NCBI GenBank assembly: GCA_951406725.2
Contig: OX597835.1
Span: forward strand, 32,426,001-32,490,000
Length of the DNA stretch: 64,000 nucleotides
Direction: 5' to 3'
Source of the DNA: Octopus vulgaris
Taxonomy: Eukaryota
The translations under genes were made by a program, and so were the position numbers. The notes under the pieces were generated by a model that saw only the letters and a list, made by a program, of their open reading frames with translations, ran no database searches and had not been told where the DNA came from. Below are positions 54,146 through 64,000 of this stretch, in pieces (position 1 is the stretch's first letter; each line of letters begins with the position of its first letter).

Positions 54146-54180
54146 CCCTGCGAATATTGCGGGTGTCAAAAGTACATTCT
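54146..54180 (+). CDS. MFSD11: MFSD11 coding exon 7 (35-nt micro-exon)
   Basis: tttcag|(S)PANIAGVKSTF|gtgagt; supplies the phase 2 to 1 link needed between exons 6 and 8. Confidence 0.8.
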
Positions 54181-55472
54181 GTGAGTACTTATTTTCTTCA
54201 TTCCTTTCCTTTTTCCTTCATTCTCTCTACCCTTACCTTTCCTCCTCCTCACACTAATATATCCTCTCCTCCTTCTCTACATTTTGTGAAAACTTAGTTT
54301 AGTTTCTCTCATTAACTTTAATATTTCTTTCTGCCTGTCTATCTGTCTCTCTTTCTCTCTCCCCGATAACTCTTTACTCTCACCCCTGCCTCCTATGAGT
54401 CCATCATTTGCCAAAATTGAATCAATGTCAGATTGCTAACTTCATCAATAGAACCCTTCTTTACCGATTCAAGTATATTTTGCGTTCTGGCTGCAATATT
54501 TTAAATCTTAGAACTAAAATGTGATCCTATAATGTGCTAGAGATCTGCAGACATACAGATTACCATATCCTCAAACACTTTGCTTCTTATTCTTTATCCC
54601 CTTTTTATCATGAATTTAAAATATGGTTAATCATACACATCACACCTGAACCCTTGGCAATCAGATTTCTCTGTCAAACGTAATGTTTATTTATTCCTGC
54701 TGTTTTGAATTAATCCTGCATTATCTCATAGTTTTAGCGTTTTGATGATGCGGTTCTCTATTTTCAGAATGACATTGTAGGGTAAGTGTGAGAGAACAGA
54801 TCTGATTGGGTCAAACATAAAGCCCGTAGAATATTTGGGAGTAGATGTTGACAGTTTAAATGCCAAATGGTTAAGACACTTTTTCCTGTCTTAAGTTTAA
54901 ATACCAGAGACAGATTCTCTTACTCCCTCCCTCCATCTATACCTGTTTGCCAGTTTCCCCACCCCCATTCCTCTTTGTCTATCTTTTTCTCTCTCTTTCT
55001 TTTTCTTTCTCCACTTTCTTTGGCTAGAATCCTAAAAGAAATGTGATTTTTGTCTAGGACACTTTTACCAATCTGGCTCTTAACCCTTTTGTTACCATAT
55101 TTCTGCTGAGATGCTTTGAGTTTCTTTCAATTAATTTTAAATATAACAAAGAATTTAGTAAAATAACTTAGTTATCATTCAGCTAGTGTTAGGAACATAA
55201 ATTGTGACTAAGGTTTGGTGGAAGATTTTAATTCAGAACTTTTGAAAACAAGACATTTGTACTACAGAGCCAGAGGCAGTTTCAGGCAGGTTGGTATCAA
55301 AAGGGTTAAGAATTGTTTCTCTGTTATATATTTTAACCCTTTTGTTACCATATTTCTGTTACCATATTTTAATTCAGAACTTTTGAAAACAAGACATTTG
55401 TACTACAGAGCCTGAGGTGGTTTTATCCGGGTTGGTAACGAAAGGGTTAATGTTTTACCGTTTCTATTGCAG

Positions 55473-55538
55473 TGAGGGCATTTCAATTGTTCAAGAATAA
55501 GGATATGCTACTGCTTCTCTTACCATTTGTGTACACAG
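55473..55538 (+). CDS. MFSD11: MFSD11 coding exon 8
   Basis: tgcag|(L)RAFQLFKNKDMLLLLLPFVYT|gtaagg; matches KSFKLCVTKEMLLL..YTG. Confidence 0.92.
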
Positions 55539-56033
55539 GTAAGGGCATATTTTTGATTCAGTTATTCATTATCTTTCCCTCTCACTGTCTTTCTAATAAA
55601 TACTAACTCTTTATCTAAAACACACAATCACACACTCACTTATATAACCTCTGTGGAGGCACATGGCTTAGTGGTTAAGGTGTTGAACTCATGATCTTAA
55701 GGTTGTGGTTTCGATTCCTGGACTGGGCGATGTGTTGTGTTCTTGAGCAAAAGATTTCATTTTCACGTTGCTCCAGTCCACTCAGCTGGCAAAAATGAGT
55801 AATCCTGCGACGGACCGGCGTCCCGTCAGGTGGGGGATTTCTATGTCACTGAAACCAGGGAACCGGCCCTTATGAGCCTGGCATGGCTTGAGAAGGATTT
55901 TTATATAACCTCCCTCACACACACACACATACACTCTCACTCTCTCTCCCTAACACATTGCCTCACTATTTGTTTGTCTGTGCCAGATTGACTTGTTCCT
56001 TTAAAAAGAAATCATGCTTGGGTAAGGTATAGA

Positions 56034-56340
56034 ATGCAACCCCCAATATCAGCAGTGGGGCCTGGCAGCATATGCTGGTTCCGTACCCCTTTCAGCAACA
56101 TCAAATTCTCTCATCTGTCTACAAACATTCTCCATGGTTTCCTATCATTCATAAACTCTCTTGCCTCTCTCACTCCAACACTTCTAACCACCAAAGCTTT
56201 CCTCACTCCATCCATCCGCACAAACCGAGGTCTTCCTCTGGTTCTGCTGCCTACAACTTCTGCCTTCATCCCCCTTCTTACCATCCACTCCTCCTCCATC
56301 CTCTCCATGTGGCTAAATCACCTCAACATTCATCTCTTTA
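56034..56340 (-). mobile_element. RTE-clade LINE 3' fragment
   Basis: HMERMEE..GSRTRGRPRFVRMDGVRKAL..DRKPWR, the typical RTE ORF C-terminus. Confidence 0.75.
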
Positions 56341-56553
56341 CACTTTTACACTTTTACTTGTTTCAGTCATTTGACTGTGGCCATGCTGGAGCACTGCCTT
56401 TAGTCAAGCAAATCGACCCCGAGACTTATTCTTTGTAAGCCCAGTACTTATTCTATCGGTCACTTTCGCCGAACCGCTAAGTGACGGGGATGTAAACACA
56501 CCAGCATTGGTTGTCAAGCAATGCTAGGGGGACAAACACACACACACACATAT

Positions 56554-56604
<51 letters not shown>

Positions 56605-56874
56605 TATGACAGGCTTCTTTCAGTTTCCGTCTACCAAATCCACTCACAAGGCATTGGTCGGCCCGGGGCTATAGCAGAAGACATTTGCCCAAGATGCCAC
56701 GCAGTGGGACTGAACCCGGAACCATGTGGTTGGTTAGCAAGCTACTTACCACACAGCCACTCCTGCGCCTATTTTGGTTTTTAGTTTTTCTCTCATTCCT
56801 GCGAAAGGCTTGGTATCCTCTCCACCTAATTATTTCATATTCCTAAAAAGACAACAACAACAAGAAAACCTTAT

Positions 56875-57165
56875 AATAATAATAATAATAATGAAATTAT
56901 TGTATACAGTGCTCAGGTGCACCACAGCTTGTCAGAAAGTGCATATAAAGTACATGCAGTAATGTACAAATTTCTGGAAAACAAACAATGTATGAGTCAG
57001 ATACATGCTTGTGTGTGTATGGAGGGGAGAAAATCAGGTGTAATGTTGGCGAATCTCAGGAAGCATGGAAGTTTTGAAGGATGCAGTGCTCCGACGACTA
57101 ACAACTGATGCCGGCAGTTTGTTCCATGCTTCAGCAACTCTCAGCATGAAAAAAATGTTTCCTAA
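56875..57165 (-). mobile_element. CR1-type LINE 3' fragment with simple-repeat tail
   Basis: Minus strand reads LRVAEAWNKLPASVVS, the CR1 terminal motif. Confidence 0.7.
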
Positions 57166-57327
57166 CATTCCTAATTAAAGTCCTCACAATGAATCTATTG
57201 TTTTCTATTTCAAATTGCTTCTTATGATGTGAAATAACCTTTATTTATATTCTATTTCAGGGAACTAAAATACCTAGCTCTTAAATTCCCTTTTCTTTTT
57301 TTTTTTTTTTTTTTTTTCCTAATTCAG

Positions 57328-57453
57328 GAATCGAACTGACATTTTTCTCTGGTATATATGGCACATGTCTTGCTAATAACAAACACTTTGGGGATAAGGC
57401 TAAAGGATTGATTGGAATATCAGGAATGGTTATTGGCCTTGGTGAAATCCTCG
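57328..57453 (+). CDS. MFSD11: MFSD11 coding exon 9
   Basis: ttcag|(G)IELTFFSGIYGTCLANNKHFGDKAKGLIGISGMVIGLGEIL|gtaggt. Confidence 0.96.
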
Positions 57454-57465
57454 GTAGGTTGTATT

Positions 57466-58050
57466 TTATTACCTCCGCCTTAGCGAAGGCGGAGATATTG
57501 TTTTCAGTTGTGTTTGTTTGTTCGCGGACAAGATATCTCAAGAACCGCCTGATGAATTTGGATGAAACTTTAACCCTTTAATGTTTAAATGGCCAAATCC
57601 GGCCCAATATATTCTACATATTTTATATTCAAACTGGCCAGATCCAGCCTCTCACACCTAACCTACATTGACAGTCTAAAAATAAACAATCACATCATTG
57701 AAACCTCAAAGCTATAAGATAATGCATGATTAATTCAAAACAATTCAAATAAAAAAGCATTACGTTTAACAGAGTAATCTGAACACTAAAGGGTTAACTG
57801 GCATGTTTGGCCTCGTGACCAACATGAACTAATTAGATTTTGGGATCAATCTGGTACCAGACATTTTTATTTTTCCATTTTTTTTTTTACTTAATTTCTG
57901 AGAGCGGTCAGGTTCATTTTTAGTTTTCTCGTTTCTGAGAGCAGTTGAGTTTATTTCAGATATTCTCAATTTAAAAATCATCTCCAGCTAATTGTTGAGA
58001 AGACTTTGGTGTTGCCTTGGCAGAGGTTTGCACTGTCTGAGTGCTCTTGT
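57466..58050 (+). mobile_element. Helentron/HINE-like non-autonomous element carrying a nested TTAA MITE (57571-57797)
   Basis: Sub-terminal inverted ACCTCCGCC / GGCAGAGGT, 3' hairpin GCACT..AGTGC, internal (TTTG)n, T-rich flanks. Confidence 0.65.
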
Positions 58051-59975
58051 TGTTATTATTATTAAGGCGCAGAAGTGGCTGTGTGGTAAGTAGCTTGCTT
58101 ACCAACCACATGGTTCCAGGTTTAGTCCCACTGCGTGGCACTTTGGGCAAGTGTCTTCTACTCTCGCCTCGGGCCGACCAAAGCCTTGTGAGTGGATTTG
58201 GTAGACGGAAACTGAAAGAAGCCTGTCGTATATATGTATATATATGTATATGTGTGCGTGTATGTTTGTATGTCTGTGTTTTTCCCCCCAACATCGCTTG
58301 ACAACCGATACTGGTGTGTTTATGTTCCCGTCACTTAGCGGTTCGGCAAAATAGACCGATAAAACAAGTACTGGGCTTACAAAGAATAAGTCCTGGGGTC
58401 GAGTTGCTCGATTAAAGGTGGTGCTCCAGCATGGCCGCAGTCAAATGACTGAAACAAGTAAAAAGTAAAAGAAAAAAAAAAGTAAAGCTGTCAGAACCGT
58501 TAGCATGCTGGATAAAATGCTTAGCGGTATTTCATCTGTCTTTATGTTCTCAGTTCAAATTCTGCTGAGGTCGACTTTGCTTTTCATCTTTTCACGTTCG
58601 ATAAAACAAGTACCTGTGAAACACTGGGGTCGATATAATCGACTAGTCCCTACCCCTACAAATTTGAGGCCTTGTGCCTCCAGCAGAAAGGATTATTATA
58701 ATTATAATAATAATAATTATTATTATTAAAATCAAAATTGAAATCGAGAAACATCAATGGAAATTGTGGCCATGATAACAGTGCCAGTGGCACGTAAAAA
58801 GCACCATCCGATTGTGGCCGTTGCCAGCCTTGTCTGGCCCCCATTCCAGTGGCACGTAAAAAGCACCATCCAATCATGGCCGTTTGCCAGCCTAGTCCGG
58901 CACCTGTGCCTGTGACACGTAAAAAGCACCCACTACACTCACGGAGTGGTTGGTGTTAGGAAGGGTATCCAGCCGTAGAAACACTGCCAGATCAGACAGG
59001 GCCTGGCGCAGCCTTCTGGCTTCCCAGACCCCAGTTGAATCGTCCAACCCATGCTAGCATGGAAAGTGGACGTTAAACGATGATGATGATGATTAAGGTG
59101 GCAAGCTGACAAAATCGTTTGTGCACTGGATGAAAGGCTGAGCAGTATTTTGGCCGAGGTTGACTTTGCCTTTCATGTGTTCGGGGTCAATGAAATAAAG
59201 TACGAGTTGAGGACTGGGGCCAATGTAATTGACTTACCCCCACCCCTGAATTTTTGGGCCTTGTGCTAAAGTTTGAAACCATTATTATTATTTTAACTCT
59301 GGTTTTGTTGGAACTCCTATTTACACAATGGGCTTCTTTCAGATTCCGCCTACCAAATCCTATTACAAGGCTTTGGTCAGCCTGAGGCTATAGCAGAAGA
59401 CATTTGTCTTAGGTGCCATGCAGCGGGACTGAACCCGTAACCATATGGTTGGGAAGCAAACTTCTTACCACACAGCCATGCCTGTGACTGTGTTTTAAGT
59501 GAGTTGAATAATATTTGAGGAAGACATGAGTATAATTTCTTGTGGTTCATCTGACCATATGGAAGCTTTCTCATTGTTATAGGTGACCGATGTAGACTAG
59601 GAGGTGTTGTGCAGCAATGCCCGGAGAATGGTAGCCGAGGTTGACGTTGCTTTTCATCCTTTCGGGGTCGATTAAATAAGTACCAGTTACGCACTGGGGT
59701 CGATATAATCGACTTAATAACTATGTCTGTCCTTGTTTGTTCCTTCTGTGTTTAGCCCCTTGTGGTTAATAAAGAAATAGGTAGTAAAGATGTGTGTGTG
59801 TGTGAGAGAGAGAGAGGTCATCTGTGTATGATGTTGTTTATATGTTTTGTGGAGGTATGCAAAGGCAGTGTTGGTATAGATGGGAAAATGAATGGATGGA
59901 AGAAGAAATTCTTAGGAAATCTATTACTGAAGTCTTTTATTCTGGTTTCCATATTTTTTTGAAAGTTTAGTTCTA

Positions 59976-60176
59976 CTGCGTGTGTACCGTTGGCGATTGT
60001 TTCCCTCTGTCTTCCCTTCTCTGGATCTTTCCTTCTCCTATGTTTCCGATGAAGAGCTCCGCTCGAAATGTTAAATCCTCCTTCTTCCCTTCTTTCCTGA
60101 GTGTCCAATAATACTATATTTGTTCCACGTCCTCTCGTTGTTGTGTTTTTTTTGTGCTTTCTTGCTTGGATTAACT
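59976..60176 (+). mobile_element. Hammerhead element family H1 (degenerate core) abutting the exon-10 acceptor
   Basis: gttt-CCGATGA-a gagc tcc gctc-GAAA-tg-TT-aaat; homologous to 61296-61504. Confidence 0.8.
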
Positions 60177-60196
60177 TTATATATATACATTCACAG

Positions 60197-60365
60197 GTGG
60201 TGGTATTTTTGGTATTTTCGGAAAATGGACTCAGCGTTATGGCAAAGACCCTTTCATATTGTTGGGATATGTGGTTCATGTAACAGCATGTTTCCTTGCT
60301 TTTATAAATTTACCACATGACTCTGCACAAGTAGAATCGGATTATCCTACATATTTTCCATCAAG
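60197..60365 (+). CDS. MFSD11: MFSD11 coding exon 10 (gene continues beyond the window)
   Basis: cacag|(G)GGIFGIFGKWTQRYGKDPFILLGYVVHVTACFLAFINLPHDSAQVESDYPTYFPS|gtgaga. Confidence 0.93.
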
Positions 60366-60627
60366 GTGAGAGCAATTTTCTGAAATTATTTCCCAAAAAA
60401 AAAAATATATATATATATATATGTATATATTTTCTCATGTTTTTTTATTAATTATCTAATAGGCGTAGGAGTGGCTGTGTGGATTGGTAGCATGCTTACC
60501 AACCACATGGTTCCGGGTTCAGTCCCACTGCGTGGCGCCTTGGGCAAGTGTTTTCTACTATAGCCTCTGGCCGACCAAAGCCTTGTAAGTGGATTTGGTA
60601 GACAGAAACTGAAAGAAGCCCATCGTA

Positions 60628-60673
<46 letters not shown>

Positions 60674-60675
<2 letters not shown>

Positions 60676-61252
60676 AATTATTACATTATATAAAAGGGCT
60701 TAGTAAAATAAATTACTTCGCCGCATACTGAACTCATTAGAAATAGCAGCCAAAAAACTTTTTTTAAAGCTATTTCTAATACTTAAAGAAAATCTCTCTC
60801 ATATATAGCGTTTGCCTAATTCAACTCACAAAAGTTTGGGAGTAAGGACATTAAAAAATCAAATGCTAAGGTTATTTGAGTACGTACGTTTCAAGATTAG
60901 TCAAAACAACACTTCTAATAAGATAGAAGTGTTGTTTTGACTAATCTTGAAACGTACGTACTCAAATAACCTTAGCATTTGATTTTTTAATGTCCTTACT
61001 CCCAAACTTTTGTGAGTTGAATTAGGCAAACGCTATATATGAGAGAGATTTTCTTTAAGTATTAGAAATAGCTTTAAAAAGTTTTTTGGCTGCTATTTCT
61101 AATGAGTTCAGTATGCGGCGAAGTAATTTATTTTACTAAGCCCTTTTATATAATGTAATAATTTGAATTCGCCTTAAATGGTCCCTTTGCATACTGAACA
61201 CTTGGTGAAATTGATTAATAATTAATTAATTTTACCCTCAATTGTTGAAATT
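60674..61252. mobile_element. Near-perfect foldback element (~245-bp arms, 6-nt loop) with an 87-bp tail, inside the (TA)n of a family-A SINE (60461-61773)
   Basis: Arms 60674-60917 and 60924-61165; half-hammerhead GAAA-cgtacg-TA at 60949-60960; tail resembles 35318-35400. Confidence 0.88.
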
Positions 61253-61295
61253 ATATATATATACATATATACGATGGGCTTCTTTCACATTCATA

Positions 61296-61504
61296 ATGTG
61301 ACCGCGTGTGTACCGTTGGTGATTTTTTTTCCTCTGTCTTCCCTTCTTTGGATCTTTCCTTTTCCTATGTTTCTGACGAAGAGCTTCGCTCGAAACGTTA
61401 AATCCTTCTTTCCTTCCTTCCTGAGCGTCCAATAATACTATATTTGTTCCACGTCCTCGCGTTGTTGTGTTTTCTCTTTGTGTTTTCATGTTTGGATTAA
61501 CTTT
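61296..61504 (+). mobile_element. Hammerhead element family H1 (intact core at 61369-61403)
   Basis: gttt-CTGACGA-a gagc ttc gctc-GAAA-cg-TT-aaat. Confidence 0.82.
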
Positions 61505-61562
<58 letters not shown>

Positions 61563-62419
61563 GTGTGTCTGTGTTTGTCACTCCAACATTGCTTGACAAC
61601 CAATGCTGGTGTGTTTACATCCCTGTAACTTAGCGGTTCGGCAAAATGAGACCGATAGAATAAGTACTAGGCTTACAAAGAATAAGTCCTGGGGTCAATT
61701 TGCTTGACTAAATGTGGTGCTCCAGCATGGCCACAGTCAAATGACTGAAACAAGTAAAAGAGTGAAAAAGAGTAATAACCTTTTATTCTGTGAAATATGT
61801 CAGCATAGCTTTTTTTTTTTTTTAAGTTACTGCTCAGAGCTGCGGACATGCTGATGCACCGCCGTTGATGCACCGCTGATGCACTGCTTTGTAGATGGGA
61901 AGTATTTGTCTATGAGAAATTCTGTACACTATTGTTAATGTTTTCATTATTGATTCATATTTTAAGGTGGCGAGCTGGCACAATTATTAGCATACTTAGC
62001 GTTATTTTGCCCTTCGCTCTGTTCTGAGTTCAAATTCTGCTGAAGTCAACTTTGCCTTTCATCCTTCCTTGTGGGGTCAATAAATTAAATACCAGTTGAG
62101 TACTGGGGTCAGTGTAATCGACTAGTCCCCTTCCATCAAATTGCTGCCCTTGTGGCAAAATACGAAACCATCATTGATTCATATTTTAAGGCAGTGAACT
62201 GCTAGAATCTTTAGAAGGCCCGACCAAATGCTAAGTAGCCTTTTGTCCGGGTTCACTTTCTATGTTCAACTTCCAGCTTGGGTCAACTTTGCCTTTAAAA
62301 TAAGAACCAATGCCACTTAGAAGTATTTCTTCCAAATTTTTGTTCGGAGTTCAAATGTTCCTCCTCTCCTCAATTTTCTGGCTTTGATCCAAAATTTGAA
62401 TCAATCAATAAATCATCGT

Positions 62420-62882
62420 CATCATTATTTAAGAATACTACCTCCAGTGGCTATAGCAAAAAAGGTAGTATTGGGGTCTCATTTGAAAGGGCTAAAATTG
62501 GACACTTTCCTCTTTGGCCAAACCCTCAACTTTTTCAAGTTTAACTTGAAAAGGAAAGTGAGGGTAGAGAGGGAAGTGTTGTCTTCTAGCAAATTTGTAG
62601 AAAGGTGGGCGGATGTTGGAAAAATGGCCAGTGTGAAAGGACCAATTCTGAGAATACACCTGTAAAAATAAAAGAAGGGCTCTTGCCCTGTCGATCAGAT
62701 ACCCATGGCTTTTGTGGGTTTTTCCATGAGTAACCTTTAAAGCTCCCCTTCCCCACTGGGAGTTTTACTGGTTACCTTTTTATTGTTATTTAATGTTTAC
62801 GCGAATGTGAAAACCCTTTGTTTCATCTTGTGTTGTATTTTATGTATAATTTATATTTGCCCTTGTGGCGAATAAAAGAATA
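62420..62882 (+). mobile_element. Tx1/L1-like LINE 3' fragment
   Basis: ...FFKFNLKRKVRVEREVLSSSKFVERW.. resembles Tx1 ORF2 C-termini; the 3' UTR ends GCCCTTGTGGCGAATAAAAGAA. Confidence 0.55.
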
Positions 62883-64000
62883 AATTATCATTGTTTAAGG
62901 AGGTGAGTTGGCAGAAGTGTTAGCACACTGGGCAAATGCTCGGCAGCATTTCGTCCATCTTCGCATTCTGAGTTCAAATTTCACTGAGGTCATCTTTGCC
63001 TTTCGTCCTTTTGGGGTTGATAAAATAAACCCCAGTTGATCACTGGGGTCGATGTAATTGACTTACTCCCTTCCATGAAATTGCTGGTCTTGTGCTAAAA
63101 TTTGAAACCGTGCTGTGATTGTTTCACTTGTAGAATCATAGTCTTCCCTAAACCATTTCCTAATCTCCACTGACATGAACAAAACCTAATCAGCCATTTC
63201 CTATCATCTTGTAACTTAGTAGTTCTGTGATAGACAAGTAGAACAAGAATAAGATTTAGAAATAAATACTGGTGTTGATTTGTTCAGCTAAATCCCTCAA
63301 ACTGGTGCCCCAGTTTGGTTACAGTCCAATGACTGAAACATGTCAAACATAAAAGATAAAACATGAGGTAAGCTCCTCTAAAGATGAATGTATATACAGC
63401 CAACATGTGGTAACATCTGAGTATGTATGTCTGTACCTAACCATGTAGTGGTTACTCTTACTCTTTACTCTTTTACTTGTTTCAGTCATTTGACTGCGGC
63501 CATGCTGGAGCACTGCCTTAGTCGAGCAAATCAACCCCGGGACTTATTCTTTGTAAGCCCAGTACTTATTCTATCGGTCTATTTTGCCGAACTGCTAAGT
63601 GACGGAGACGTAAACACACCAGCATCGGTTGTCAAGCAATGCTAGGGGGACAAACACAGACACACAAACATATACACACACACTTATATATATATACATA
63701 TATACGACAGGCTTCTTTCAGTTTCCGTCTGCCAAATCCACTCACAAGGCATTGGTCGGCCCGGGGCTATAGCAGAAGACACTTGCCCAAGATGCCACGC
63801 AGTGGAACTGAACCTGGAACCATGTGGTTGGTTAGCAAGCTACTTACCACACAGCCACTCCTTATTATTACTGAGGTCGACTTTGCCTTTCATCCTTTTG
63901 GGTGTTGGTAAAACAAGTACCAGTTGACCACTGGTACTTGATATAATTGACCTACACCCTGCCATGAAATTGCTAGCCTTGTGCCAATAGTCGAAACCAA

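Noticed and set aside
60366-64000. Remaining MFSD11 exons (LLGLGDSCFNTQ region)
   Set aside because: No matching coding segment seen; presumed to lie beyond the window end.

Overview
AT-rich eukaryotic DNA, saturated with microsatellites and transposons. The SINE repertoire and (TA)n/(CA)n/(GATA)n load are typical of an octopus (coleoid cephalopod); this assignment is inferred from recalled repeat families. One host gene is supported: a UNC93-like MFS transporter (MFSD11 orthologue) on the + strand. Its coding exons 1-10 (21802-60365) all have GT-AG boundaries and compatible phases, and the 3' end lies beyond the window. The rest is mobile DNA: four tRNA-headed SINE families, LINE fragments (R4/Dong-, CR1/L2-, RTE- and Tx1-like), a decayed mariner, hAT and piggyBac-type MITEs, Helitron/Helentron derivatives, two MITE families with 6-bp TSDs and telomere-like repeats, and a 4-kb decayed Penelope-like element (RT plus GIY-YIG). 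The most striking unannotated signal is about a dozen type I hammerhead-ribozyme motifs from roughly eight short non-coding element families. Most sit in (TA)n tracts, often the internal (TA)n of the dominant SINE, and several form near-perfect foldback palindromes. They look like a diverse PLE-mobilised, retrozyme-like system. Almost all ORFs in the supplied track are microsatellite or SINE artefacts.
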